NCBI GenBank assembly: GCA_964404295.1
Contig: CAYOJM010000020.1
Span: 44,002 to 108,001, forward strand
Source: an uncultured Sedimenticola sp.
Lineage (GTDB): Bacteria > Pseudomonadota > Gammaproteobacteria > Chromatiales > Chromatiaceae
Length of the DNA: 64,000 bases
Reading direction: 5' to 3'
Position numbers and translations under genes: made by a program. The notes under the pieces were generated by a model. It was not told where the DNA came from. It searched no databases and saw only the letters and a list, made by a program, of their open reading frames with translations. The number at the start of each line of letters is the position of its first letter. The stretch's first letter is position 1. Shown here one piece after another: positions 51,073-61,191 of this stretch.

Positions 51073-52398
51073 ATGACCTCCGCGAGGCTGCTGCTCATCG
51101 CCTTGTCGTTTTTCATGCTCGTCGGCTGCCAGAGCCAGCCCGTCCGCCGGGTGGCATCGACCCCCGCGCCCCCACCCGCCGCGCCGCCATCCACTCCGGA
51201 CGAGATCGAAGCCGCGACCGAGCCGCCCGCCGAAGGGGAAGAAACGGAGGTGTGGCCTTTCCTGGTGAGGGGCTTTCGTCTCAATGGAATGGATCATCCC
51301 GCCATCGAACGGGAATTGGCACGTTACCGGCGACAGGGGGCTGCGCTCACCCGCCAGTTGGCGCGCGGCGAGCCCTACCTCTACTACATCCTCCACGAAG
51401 TGCGTCGGCGCGGCCTGCCCACGGAGTTGGTGCTGGTCCCCTGTGTGGAGAGCGGCTTCCGGCCCGTGGCCTATTCCCGCCAAGGGGCCGCCGGACTGTG
51501 GCAGTTCATGCCGGCCACCGGCCGTTCCCTGGGGCTCAAGCAAGACTGGTGGTACGACGGTCGGCGCGACACCGTGGCCTCGACCCAGGCGGCATTGGAT
51601 TATCTGGAGCGGCTCAACCGCCGATTCGAAGGCGATTGGCTCCTCACCCTGGCGGCCTACAACGCCGGCGGCGGCACCGTCTCCCGAGCCATCCGGCGCA
51701 ATCGGGAGCGGGGGCGGCCCACCGATTTCTGGTCGCTGGAGCTTCCGGCGGAGACCCGCCACTATGTGCCCCGCATCCTGGCCCTGGCCCGCATCATCGC
51801 CGAGCCTGAGCGATACGGCGTGACCTTGCCGCGCATCACCAACGACCCCCGTTTCGCCCGCGTGGAAGTGGGTGGACAGTTGGACCTCAAGGTGGCCGCC
51901 GAGTTGGCAGAGATGGCGCCCGAGGCGCTCATCGCCCTCAACCCCGGCTTCAACCGGTGGGCCACCCACCCGGAAGGCCCCCACTACCTCCTCCTCCCGG
52001 TGGAGAAAGCCGAACCCTTCCGCCGCCGGCTGGCCCAATTGCCCGCCGAGGAACGGCTGCGCTGGGCCCGGCACCGGGTGCGCCGGGGCGAAACCCTCTC
52101 CGGTATCGCGCGCCGCTACGGTGTCACCGTGGCCGCCATCCAGAAACACAACAGCCTTCGAAGCCATCGGATCCGGGCCGGAAGTGATCTGATCATTCCG
52201 CTGTCGGCCGCGCTGCCGCTCGAAGCCGACACGCCCATGGCGTCCCAGCGCCTCACCTACCGCGTGCGCAAAGGGGATTCCCTCTACCGCATCGCCCGTC
52301 GCTTCGGCGTGCGGGTGCAGGATCTGATGCGCTGGAACCGCCTGGCCGGCAACCGGCTGTATCCGGGCCAAACCCTCACGGTCATCCGCGCCCTGTGA
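51073..52398 (+). CDS. mltD: Membrane-bound lytic murein transglycosylase D (SLT domain plus LysM repeats)
   Basis: Lipobox LVGC; VESGF, AAGLWQFMPATG, AAYNAGGG and ETRHYVP motifs; C-terminal LysM repeats. Confidence 0.93.
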   Translation: MTSARLLLIALSFFMLVGCQSQPVRRVASTPAPPPAAPPSTPDEIEAATEPPAEGEETEVWPFLVRGFRLNGMDHPAIERELARYRRQGAALTRQLARGEPYLYYILHEVRRRGLPTELVLVPCVESGFRPVAYSRQGAAGLWQFMPATGRSLGLKQDWWYDGRRDTVASTQAALDYLERLNRRFEGDWLLTLAAYNAGGGTVSRAIRRNRERGRPTDFWSLELPAETRHYVPRILALARIIAEPERYGVTLPRITNDPRFARVEVGGQLDLKVAAELAEMAPEALIALNPGFNRWATHPEGPHYLLLPVEKAEPFRRRLAQLPAEERLRWARHRVRRGETLSGIARRYGVTVAAIQKHNSLRSHRIRAGSDLIIPLSAALPLEADTPMASQRLTYRVRKGDSLYRIARRFGVRVQDLMRWNRLAGNRLYPGQTLTVIRAL

Positions 52399-52436
52399 TC
52401 GTTCCGTTTCCGACATCGGTAGGGAGGAACTCCGCC

Positions 52437-54023
52437 GTGCGCCACTGGCTTCTGATCCTGCTTTTGTCGTTGTCCCTTCCGCTCCAGGCCGTACAGGTGC
52501 TTCACCGCGGAAACGGCGCCGAGGTGCAAACCCTCGATCCCCATCGGGCGGAGGGGGTGCCGGCCGCCAACGTCTTGCGCGACCTCTATGAAGGGCTGAT
52601 CATCGAAGCGCCGGACGGCCGCCTGGTTCCGGGCGTCGCCGAGCGCTGGACGGTGAGCGAGGACGGCCTGGTGTACCGGTTCCAGATTCGCCGCTCGGCC
52701 CGCTGGTCCAACGGGGACCCCGTCACCGCCCAAGACTTCGTCTATGGCCTGCGCCGATCCGTGGACCCGGCCACGGGATCCCACTATGCACAGGTGCTGG
52801 CCCCCATCCTCAACGCTCGGGCGATCATCGCCGGAGAACGACCGCCCGACGCACTGGGGGTGAAGGCTCTGGACGACCACACGTTGGAGATCACCCTGGA
52901 GGCGCCCACGCCCTACTTTCCAGGCCTGCTCACCCATTCGAGCACCTATCCCGTCCACCGTGCCACGGTGGAACGGCATGGCGAACGGTTTTCCCGCCCC
53001 GGCCTGCTGGTCTCCAATGGCGCCTATCGGCTGAGCGAATGGGTGGTGCAGTCCCACATCAAGCTGGAACGCAATCCCCATTATTGGAACGACGCCGCCA
53101 CCCGCATCGATGTGGTCTATTACCATCCCATCGAAGACGCCTCGGCGGAACTCAAACGTTACCGCGCAGGCGAAATCGACATCACCGAAACCATCCCCTT
53201 GCAACAGTACCGCTGGATCCGGAAGCATCTGGCCGAGGAGCTGAGGGTCGCCCCCTATCTGGGCACCTATTATTATGGGCTCAACCTCACCCGTCCTCCG
53301 TTCAAGGACAACCCGAAGCTCAGGCGTGCCCTCTCGCTGGCCGTGAACCGTGAAATCCTCACGGAAAAAATCACCGCCATGGGCGAAAAACCGCTCTATT
53401 CCTGGGTACCGGACGGCATTCCCGGCTACATCCCCGCACGCCTGGATTACGCCGACCGCCCCCATACGGAACGGGTAGCCGAGGCGCGGCGCCTCTATGC
53501 CGAAGCCGGTTATTCCCCCGCCCGCCCGCTCACCGTGGAGCTGAGATACAACACTTCGGAAAACCACAAGAAAGTGGCCATCGCCATCGCCGCCATGTGG
53601 AAACAGGCACTGGGCGTCCGGGTACGCCTGATCAACGAGGAATGGAAGGTCTTCCTGGCCAACCGGAAACAGAAACGGGTGACCGAAGTCTTCCGCGCAG
53701 GCTGGATCGGCGACTACAACGATCCTTTCACCTTTCTCGAAATCCTCCACAGCCGCCACGGCATGAACGACTCCGGCTATGCCAATTCGACCTATGACGA
53801 GCTGCTCGACCGTGCATCACGGGAACCGGACGCGGAAAAGCGGTTCCAACTGTTGCGGAGAGCCGAAGCCCTGGCGCTGGCCGATCATCCGGTGATCCCG
53901 CTCTACAACTACGTGTCCAAACACCTGGTGAAACCCCACATTGGAGGCTGGGTGGACAATCTGCTCGACCACCACTACTCCAAGGACCTCTATATCCGTA
54001 AACCGAAAGGCAAGGACGAATGA
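52437..54023 (+). CDS. oppA: Oligopeptide ABC transporter substrate-binding protein
   Basis: SD GGGAGGA and signal peptide; GNGAEVQTLDPH, DLYEGL, WSNGDPVTAQDFVY, VSNGAY and RAGWIGDYNDP motifs. Confidence 0.92.
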   Translation: MRHWLLILLLSLSLPLQAVQVLHRGNGAEVQTLDPHRAEGVPAANVLRDLYEGLIIEAPDGRLVPGVAERWTVSEDGLVYRFQIRRSARWSNGDPVTAQDFVYGLRRSVDPATGSHYAQVLAPILNARAIIAGERPPDALGVKALDDHTLEITLEAPTPYFPGLLTHSSTYPVHRATVERHGERFSRPGLLVSNGAYRLSEWVVQSHIKLERNPHYWNDAATRIDVVYYHPIEDASAELKRYRAGEIDITETIPLQQYRWIRKHLAEELRVAPYLGTYYYGLNLTRPPFKDNPKLRRALSLAVNREILTEKITAMGEKPLYSWVPDGIPGYIPARLDYADRPHTERVAEARRLYAEAGYSPARPLTVELRYNTSENHKKVAIAIAAMWKQALGVRVRLINEEWKVFLANRKQKRVTEVFRAGWIGDYNDPFTFLEILHSRHGMNDSGYANSTYDELLDRASREPDAEKRFQLLRRAEALALADHPVIPLYNYVSKHLVKPHIGGWVDNLLDHHYSKDLYIRKPKGKDE

Positions 54024-56182
54024 TCCGCATCCTGTTCGCATCCCTCCTCTGCCTGGCGCTGCTCCCCACCCTCCACGCCAGGCCTTCCGTCACCCTGGAA
54101 CAGGTCGCCCGCCAGGCCCGAGCCGCCGGTGTGGTGCTGGCGCTGCCCCCCTGGGAAACCACGCCTCAAGCCATTCACGCCACGGTGGAGGCCGCCATGG
54201 CCGAAGGCAACCGGCGGCTGGATGCCATCGCCGCAGTGAAACCCGATCAGGCGAATTTCGACAACACCTTGGCGGCCCTCGACCATGCCTGGGATCCCGT
54301 GATTCTGGCGTTGGGACGGCTCCGATTGATCGAGGCGGCCAGCCCTCGGGTCGAACTGCGCGACGCCGCCCATGAAGGGAGCCGAAAGCTCGAAGCCTGG
54401 CTCACCGACGCCGCGTTTCGGGAAGATGTCTATCGGGCGGTCAAGGCCTATGCCGACAGCCGACCCGAGCTGAGCGGCGAACAGGCCATGCTTCTCAAGA
54501 CGGTGATGCGCGACTACCGCCGAAATGGCATGTCGCTACCCGAGGAGAAGCGGGCGGAGCTGAAGCGGCTCAAGAACCGGCTCAACGAGCTCAACCAAGC
54601 CTTTCAGAAAACGGTTCGGGAAGCCGACGTGGAAGTGCGTTTCACCCGAGAGGAACTCGAAGGGCTCTCCCCAGAATTCCTGGCCAACGAAACCCTCCAG
54701 GACGGAAAAGGCGGTTACCGCATCAATGCCAACGTCACCTGGCAAGTGCTCGAAGTGTTGCGCAACGCGCATAACGAAGCGGTCCGCAAGCGGTTGATTC
54801 TGGCCCGCCTGAACCGGGCGCGGGAGGAAAACCTTCCCCGTTTCACCGAGATGCTGCGCATCCGCGCCCGCATCGCCCGGCTGCTGGGCTACGCCCATTG
54901 GGCCGATTACCGCACCGAAACGAAGATGGCCGGCAACGGTCGCACCGCCCGCCGCTTCCTCATCGATCTGCGCGACGGGCTGGAACCCAAGTTCCGGGAC
55001 GAACTGGAGCGCCTGCGTCTGCTGAAGGTGGCCGACACCGGCGATCCCGAAGCCCGCATCCGGTACTGGGACGTGGGTTATTACAAGAATCAGTTGAAGA
55101 AACAGCGCTACGACATCGACACCGACGCGCTCAAGGTTTACTTCGAATTGGAACGGACCCTCGACGGCATGTTCTCCATCTTCGAAACCCTGTTCGGCCT
55201 CGAGATCCGGCCGGTGGAAGGAGACTGGTACCGCTGGGTCGAGGACTTGCGGCTGTACGCCGTGTTCGACGCCGAAGACGGTCGCCCGCTGGGGTTCATC
55301 TATATGGACATGTTCCCGCGCAAAGGCAAGTACAACCATTTCGCCCAGTTCGGGATCATTCCCGGGCGCATGTTGGAAGAGGAACGCTATCGGCGTCCGG
55401 TGGTGGCCTTGGTGTGCAATTTCCCACCGCCCGCGGGCGACCGTCCATCCCTGCTCACTTACGGCGACGTGGAAACCCTGTTCCACGAATTCGGTCACGC
55501 GCTCCACTCGGTGCTCACCCAGGCCCGGTTCATGGAGTTTTCCGGCACCTCCGTGCCGCGCGATTTCGTCGAGGCCCCTTCTCAGATGCTGGAGAACTGG
55601 GTGCGTGACAAAACGGTGTTGGACCGTTTCGCCGTGGACTATCGGGACGGCCGCAGCAAAATTCCGGCCGACACACTGGAGCGGCTGGAAGCGGCACGGT
55701 TGGCCACCATCGCCACCCACTACAGGGGGCAGATCGGTTACGGCCTGCTGGATCTGGCTTTGCACATGACCACGGACGACACCGTGTTCCAGAACGCCGC
55801 CGGCGTGGCCAACCGGGTGATGAGCGAGACCTTCCTTCCCGTGCCGGAAGGGACCGCCCTCATCGCCACCTTCTCCCATCTGGCCGGCGGCTATGACGCC
55901 GGCTACTATGGTTACGCGTGGGCCGACGCCATCGCCGCCGATCTGGTCTCGGTCTTTCGCAAAGCGCCCGGGGGGCTCATGGACACCCGAATCGGCAAGC
56001 GGCTGCGCGACGAGATCTACGCCGTGGGCGGCTCCCGCGAGATCGACGACACCCTTCGCGCCTTTCTGAAGCGCCCCCGTTCCCTGAGGCCTTTCTTCGA
56101 AGAGCTGGGTATCAAGAACAAAGGCCTGGGCACTCGGGCGGCGATGAACGCCGGAGAAAGCGGCCCGATCGCCGCACCTTGA
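54020..56182 (+). CDS. M3A family (thimet oligopeptidase-like) metallopeptidase with signal peptide
   Basis: HEFGH zinc motif, DFVEAPSQMLENW, FSHLAGGYDAGYYGYAWA; N-terminal MIRILFASLLCLALLPTLHA. Confidence 0.92.
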   Translation: MIRILFASLLCLALLPTLHARPSVTLEQVARQARAAGVVLALPPWETTPQAIHATVEAAMAEGNRRLDAIAAVKPDQANFDNTLAALDHAWDPVILALGRLRLIEAASPRVELRDAAHEGSRKLEAWLTDAAFREDVYRAVKAYADSRPELSGEQAMLLKTVMRDYRRNGMSLPEEKRAELKRLKNRLNELNQAFQKTVREADVEVRFTREELEGLSPEFLANETLQDGKGGYRINANVTWQVLEVLRNAHNEAVRKRLILARLNRAREENLPRFTEMLRIRARIARLLGYAHWADYRTETKMAGNGRTARRFLIDLRDGLEPKFRDELERLRLLKVADTGDPEARIRYWDVGYYKNQLKKQRYDIDTDALKVYFELERTLDGMFSIFETLFGLEIRPVEGDWYRWVEDLRLYAVFDAEDGRPLGFIYMDMFPRKGKYNHFAQFGIIPGRMLEEERYRRPVVALVCNFPPPAGDRPSLLTYGDVETLFHEFGHALHSVLTQARFMEFSGTSVPRDFVEAPSQMLENWVRDKTVLDRFAVDYRDGRSKIPADTLERLEAARLATIATHYRGQIGYGLLDLALHMTTDDTVFQNAAGVANRVMSETFLPVPEGTALIATFSHLAGGYDAGYYGYAWADAIAADLVSVFRKAPGGLMDTRIGKRLRDEIYAVGGSREIDDTLRAFLKRPRSLRPFFEELGIKNKGLGTRAAMNAGESGPIAAP

Positions 56183-57100
56183 ATGTTGAGATATTCGCTC
56201 AAACGGCTGTTGGGTGCTCTGCCCACCTTGCTGGCGCTGGTCACGCTCGCCTTCTTCCTCATGCGGCTGGCACCCGGCGGGCCGTTCGACAGCGAAAAAG
56301 AGCGCCCTCCCGAGATCCAAGCCAATCTGGACCGAAAATACCACCTGGACGAGCCCTTGATCGCCCAGTACGGCCGCTACCTATGGCATCTGCTGCACGG
56401 CGATCTGGGACCATCGTTCCAATACCGTGACCACACGGTGAACGAGCTCATCGCAAGCGGCTTTCCCGTATCTTTCAAATTGGGCCTGACGGCCATGCTA
56501 TTGGCCCTGGGGATGGGACTCGCCCTAGGCATGGTCGCCGCTTTGAAACAGAACCGTCCTCTCGACCACGGCGTCATGGCTCTGGCCATGACCGGCGTCT
56601 CCATCCCCAATTTCGTGGTGGCGCCCTTGCTGATCCTCCTTTTTGCCATCCACCTGGGCTGGCTGCCGGCGGGCGGCTGGAAAGGCGACTGGCGCCAATT
56701 GGTTCTGCCCGTCACCGCCTTGGCCCTGCCGCAGGTGGCTTACATCGCCCGACTGACCCGCGGAAGCCTCATCGAAGTGTTGCGCAGCGACGCCATCCGC
56801 ACCGCGCGAGCCAAAGGGCTCCCGACCCACCTGGTGGTGCTGCGTCACGCGCTCAAGCCGGCCCTATTGCCGGTGGTCTCCTATCTGGGACCGGCCACGG
56901 CGGCGGTGCTCACCGGATCGGTGGTCATCGAACAGATTTTCGGCATTCCCGGATTGGGACGATATTTCGTGCAAGGCGCCCTCAATCGAGATTACACCCT
57001 GGTGATGGGGGTGGTGATCTTTTACGGCCTGCTCATCATCCTGTTCAATTTCATCGTGGATCTACTCTATGCATGGCTCGACCCGAGGGTGCGGCTGTGA
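56183..57100 (+). CDS. oppB: Oligopeptide ABC transporter permease
   Basis: MRLAPGGPF, GDLGPSF, RTARAKGL, GALNRDY and LDPRVR motifs. Confidence 0.95.
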   Translation: MLRYSLKRLLGALPTLLALVTLAFFLMRLAPGGPFDSEKERPPEIQANLDRKYHLDEPLIAQYGRYLWHLLHGDLGPSFQYRDHTVNELIASGFPVSFKLGLTAMLLALGMGLALGMVAALKQNRPLDHGVMALAMTGVSIPNFVVAPLLILLFAIHLGWLPAGGWKGDWRQLVLPVTALALPQVAYIARLTRGSLIEVLRSDAIRTARAKGLPTHLVVLRHALKPALLPVVSYLGPATAAVLTGSVVIEQIFGIPGLGRYFVQGALNRDYTLVMGVVIFYGLLIILFNFIVDLLYAWLDPRVRL

Positions 57101-57137
57101 TCGGTTCCACGCCGCTCCACGAGAGAAAACAGGCCCA

Positions 57138-57569
57138 ATGAAGCCTTCACCACGCCCTTTCGCACACCCACCGATCCTTGGCCCCGCCGCATGCGTGAGC
57201 CGGCGGGAACGGACGACCCGGGGGAGCATCCACCCGCCCCATGCCGAAAGGCTCGAAGGCGGCCGATGCGGAGAAGAACAGGCCGGCGGCGGCCCGTTCG
57301 GCCGGTTTCGCAAGGCCATCCGCCGTTTCGACACGGACGACGGCCACGCCGGAGGCCGGTCCGATGGTCTCCGGCAGCGCAAATCGGTGCAGGAGGCGGT
57401 GGAGCGGCGGATCCGCGTGTCTCTGGAACAGCAAAAGCGCATGGAACGGAAACGACACGACCACCGGCAAGACTTGCGGCCCCTGGAGACGGAAATGTTC
57501 AAAGGCGTTCACACCCGGGCCTTGGAGCGGGACTCCCGCGACAAACACCGCCGATTCCACGAGCCATGA
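57138..57569 (+). CDS. Orphan basic ORF between oppB and oppC (may be a degenerate gene)
   Basis: Fills most of the 465 bp gap; its TGA overlaps the oppC ATG (ATGA); charged helical C-terminal half; no family recognised. Confidence 0.4.
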   Translation: MKPSPRPFAHPPILGPAACVSRRERTTRGSIHPPHAERLEGGRCGEEQAGGGPFGRFRKAIRRFDTDDGHAGGRSDGLRQRKSVQEAVERRIRVSLEQQKRMERKRHDHRQDLRPLETEMFKGVHTRALERDSRDKHRRFHEP

Positions 57570-58450
57570 CCCTGAAGACGTCTACCGAGGTTCCCGTCGA
57601 ACGTGGCCGTAGCCTGTGGCAAGACGCGCGTCACCGTCTGTTCCGAAACCGAGCGGCGGTCGCATCCATGGGCGTGCTTGGATTCATCGTTCTGGCGGTG
57701 GTGATCGGCCCCTGGTTCAGCCCCTGGGCTTTCGACGAGATCGATTGGGAACACATTTCGGTGCCGCCGGGGTTGGACCATGGCCATTGGTTCGGCACCG
57801 ACAGCGTCGGCCGCGACCTGTTCGTGCGCACGCTCGAAGGCGGCCGTATCTCCTTGCTGGTGGGGCTGACCGCCACCGCCGTGAGCCTGATCATCGGCAT
57901 CGCCTGGGGCGCCGCCGCCGGCTATCTGGGCGGACGCATCGACGGCTTCATGATGCGGGTGGTGGATGTGCTCTACGCGCTGCCCTTCCTCTTTTTCGTC
58001 ATCGTGCTCATGGTCTTCTTCGGGCGGGACATCCTGCTCATCTTCGTCGCCATCGGCGCCATCAACTGGCTGGACATGGCGCGCATCGTCCGCGGCCAAA
58101 CCCTGGCCTTGAAAAAACGCGCCTTCGTGGAGGCGGCGGTGGTTTCCGGCCTCACCCCGACCGCCGTCATCCGGCGCCACATCGTACCCAATCTACTCGG
58201 CGTGGTGGCCGTGTACGTCACCCTCACCATCCCCCAAGTGATTCTGGTGGAATCCTTCTTGAGCTTTCTCGGCCTTGGAGTGCAAGAGCCCCACACGAGC
58301 TGGGGCGCCCTGGTCAACGAAGGGGCGCTGGAGATGGAGAGCGCGCCCTGGAGCCTCCTCTTTCCCGCCGCCTTTCTCGCCGTGACCTTGTTCTGTTTCA
58401 ACTTCATCGGCGACGGCCTGCGCGACGCCCTGGACCCGAGAGACCGCTGA
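57566..58450 (+). CDS. oppC: Oligopeptide ABC transporter permease
   Basis: GRSLWQDA, HWFGTDSVGRDL, WLDMARIVRGQ, ESFLSFLGLG and GDGLRDALDP motifs. Confidence 0.95.
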   Translation: MTLKTSTEVPVERGRSLWQDARHRLFRNRAAVASMGVLGFIVLAVVIGPWFSPWAFDEIDWEHISVPPGLDHGHWFGTDSVGRDLFVRTLEGGRISLLVGLTATAVSLIIGIAWGAAAGYLGGRIDGFMMRVVDVLYALPFLFFVIVLMVFFGRDILLIFVAIGAINWLDMARIVRGQTLALKKRAFVEAAVVSGLTPTAVIRRHIVPNLLGVVAVYVTLTIPQVILVESFLSFLGLGVQEPHTSWGALVNEGALEMESAPWSLLFPAAFLAVTLFCFNFIGDGLRDALDPRDR

Positions 58451-59415
58451 TGGCGCTTCTGGAGGTGGAAGATCTGGAGGTCCGTTTCACCACCCGGGAC
58501 GGCGTGGTGCACGCCGTCAACGGACTCTCTTTTTCACTGGACGCAGGCGAGACCCTGGGCCTGGTGGGTGAATCGGGCTCCGGCAAGAGCCAGACCGCGC
58601 TGGCGCTGATGAACCTGTTGGCCGACAACGGATCGCGCCGCGGCCGCATCCGGTTCCAAGGGAAGGACCTGAGCAGCCTCTCGGAACGCGAGATGAATGG
58701 ATTGCGCGGTAACCGCATGGCCATGATCTTTCAAGATCCCATGAGCTGCCTCAACCCCCATCTCACGGTGGAGCGGCAGATGACCGAAGTGCTGGAGCAC
58801 CACCAAGGTCTGAGTCGACGCCGGGCGAGACGCCGAGCGATCGAGATGCTTCAGGCCGTCCACATTCCCGACGCCGCCCGCCGGATCCACCGCTATCCCC
58901 ACGAATTCTCCGGCGGGATGCAACAACGGGTGATGATCGCCATGGCCCTGCTGTGCCGGCCCGACCTTCTCATCGCCGATGAACCCACCACTGCCCTCGA
59001 CGTCACCGTGCAAGCACAGATCCTGGCCCTGCTCAAGGAACTTCAAGCGCGATTCCAGATGGGGGTGTTGCTGATCACCCACGATCTGGGGGTGGTGGCC
59101 GCCCTGAGCGATCGGGTATTGGTGCTCTATGGCGGACGCGCCTGTGAAACGGCACCGGTGAACCGCCTTTTCCGACATCCCCTCCACCCCTACACCCGCG
59201 GACTCCTCGAGTCGGTGCCACGACTGGACACCCCTGTCGATCGACGCTTGCGCGCCATCCCGGGCAGCCCACCCGTCTTTCTCGCTCCGCCCCGCGGCTG
59301 CCCTTTCGCCCCCCGGTGTGCACAGATGGAACCCCGGTGTACGCAGTCGCCACCGGAGTGGAAAAATGCGGCCCCGGAACACCGGGTCGCCTGCCATCTG
59401 GAGCTTTCCACATGA
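58450..59415 (+). CDS. oppD: Oligopeptide ABC transporter ATPase
   Basis: [29 protein letters not shown] and HPYT; C-terminal GCPFAPRC. Confidence 0.95.
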   Translation: MALLEVEDLEVRFTTRDGVVHAVNGLSFSLDAGETLGLVGESGSGKSQTALALMNLLADNGSRRGRIRFQGKDLSSLSEREMNGLRGNRMAMIFQDPMSCLNPHLTVERQMTEVLEHHQGLSRRRARRRAIEMLQAVHIPDAARRIHRYPHEFSGGMQQRVMIAMALLCRPDLLIADEPTTALDVTVQAQILALLKELQARFQMGVLLITHDLGVVAALSDRVLVLYGGRACETAPVNRLFRHPLHPYTRGLLESVPRLDTPVDRRLRAIPGSPPVFLAPPRGCPFAPRCAQMEPRCTQSPPEWKNAAPEHRVACHLELST

Positions 59416-60398
59416 GTGGCCCGCCGTTGCTCGAAGTAGAGAAGGTCGAAGTCCATTTCCGGCTGCCGGGGGCGCTGCCTTGGCAAAGCCGGAGGTTACG
59501 GGCGGTGGACGGCGTGAGCCTGAGCCTCGCGAAGGGGCGCACACTCGGCATCGTGGGCGAATCGGGCTGCGGCAAGTCCACGCTGGCCCGCGCCATTTTG
59601 GGCCTGGTGCCGATCACTTCCGGCAAGATCCGGTTGATGGGGCGTCGGATCGACCGATGCCCGCCCAACACCTTGCGACCGCTGCGGCGCCACATGCAAG
59701 TGGTCTTCCAGGACCCATTCGCCGCCCTGGACCCACGCATGACGGTGGGCGAGATCGTGGCCGAACCGCTGCGGGTGTTCGAACCGGGCCTGGACCGCCG
59801 CGGGCGGCAAGCACGGGTGCGCCGCATGCTGGACCGGGTAGGGCTCGCTTCGAGCCATTTGAACCGCTACCCCCACGAGTTCTCTGGAGGACAGTGTCAG
59901 CGCATCGGCATCGCCCGCGCACTGATCGTCGAACCGGCTCTGCTGGTCTGTGACGAACCGGTGAGCGCGTTGGACGTCTCCGTGCAAGCCCAGATCGTCA
60001 ATCTGCTTCAGGATCTTCAGCAAGAAATGGGACTGGCCCTGCTCTTCATCGCCCACGACCTGGCGGTGGTGCGCCAAGTGAGCCACGAAATCATGGTCAT
60101 GTACCTGGGACGGGTGGTGGAACGGGCGCCCAGAGCGCCGATCTATACGGCTCCACGACATCCTTATACCCGGGCTTTGTTGGAAGCGGTGCCCCTTCCC
60201 GATCCCGAACGAGAACGTGCACGAAAACGGACTCTGCTCCAGGGCGACCTGCCCTCCCCCTTGGAGCCGCCCACCGGATGCGCGTTCCACACCCGTTGTC
60301 CCCGCGCGGAAGAGCGCTGTCGGACCAATCGCCCCCGACTTATACAGCAGAAACCGCGGCACTGGCTCGCTTGCCACTCTCCTTTGGAGACGTTCTGA
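59412..60398 (+). CDS. oppF: Oligopeptide ABC transporter ATPase
   Basis: [29 protein letters not shown] and GCAFHTRCP motifs. Confidence 0.95.
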   Translation: MSGPPLLEVEKVEVHFRLPGALPWQSRRLRAVDGVSLSLAKGRTLGIVGESGCGKSTLARAILGLVPITSGKIRLMGRRIDRCPPNTLRPLRRHMQVVFQDPFAALDPRMTVGEIVAEPLRVFEPGLDRRGRQARVRRMLDRVGLASSHLNRYPHEFSGGQCQRIGIARALIVEPALLVCDEPVSALDVSVQAQIVNLLQDLQQEMGLALLFIAHDLAVVRQVSHEIMVMYLGRVVERAPRAPIYTAPRHPYTRALLEAVPLPDPERERARKRTLLQGDLPSPLEPPTGCAFHTRCPRAEERCRTNRPRLIQQKPRHWLACHSPLETF

Positions 60399-60413
60399 GA
60401 GTCGGAACCCTGT

Positions 60414-60893
60414 TCACAAGTGCCGTTCGATGCCGTGGGCGCGCAGCCCCCAAGCGATGAGCCCTTCCAACTGCCGATCCGCGCGCCTCAAGCGTTCCGC
60501 CAGCATCTCGTAGAGCCGACACAAAAACGCATAACCCAGTCGAGGGTGGGCATCGAGATGACGGCGTAACCGGACGCCGTCCAGCTCCACCACCTGCGCC
60601 GCCTCGACGGCCATCACCGTGGCGGCACGCGGCCCGTCGCCGAACAGACTCAACTCGCCGAACAGATCGCCCGGCCCCAAATCACAAAATCCCGGCCTCA
60701 CCGGTTGCGCATTCTCCAATCGCACCCGTCCGGTGACGCGCAATGTTCCCTGTTCGACGTAGAAAAGAGCGCATCCCTTCTCTCCTTCACGAACGATCGC
60801 TTGATTGGGTTTCAAACGCCGCCGACGCCACGCCTTCCCCTCGGGAAAGTTCGGATCGCCCAGAATCCGCTCCAACAGAGCCTCCAAGTCCAT
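60414..60893 (-). CDS. Stand-alone cyclic nucleotide-binding domain protein (no HTH)
   Basis: IVREGE, LGPGDLFGELSL and PRAATV cNMP-binding motifs; the start could be as far upstream as 61019. Confidence 0.85.
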   Translation of the reverse strand: MDLEALLERILGDPNFPEGKAWRRRRLKPNQAIVREGEKGCALFYVEQGTLRVTGRVRLENAQPVRPGFCDLGPGDLFGELSLFGDGPRAATVMAVEAAQVVELDGVRLRRHLDAHPRLGYAFLCRLYEMLAERLRRADRQLEGLIAWGLRAHGIERHL

Positions 60894-61191
60894 CCGTCCG
60901 CCGACCGTCTCCTCCGGTTCCTCCTTATCCGGCCTTTCGGCGACATGAAAGGAATCGCCATGACCATCCAAAACAGCTCCACGGCTCCTTCCATCACTCT
61001 CATGCATATGGCGTTTCATCCTCTCACCCGCCCCTTTGACTCAAAGGAAAGGCACGCATCCAGCAGGCACCTTCCTTTGGAGCCTCCGCTGCATTCGACA
61101 CGACGATTCCATTTCACCCACCCCCGACCCTCCCTGTGCGGGTTCCTCTTGTACAATAACGGCTTTCCCACCGATCACTGAAGGGTTCCTC

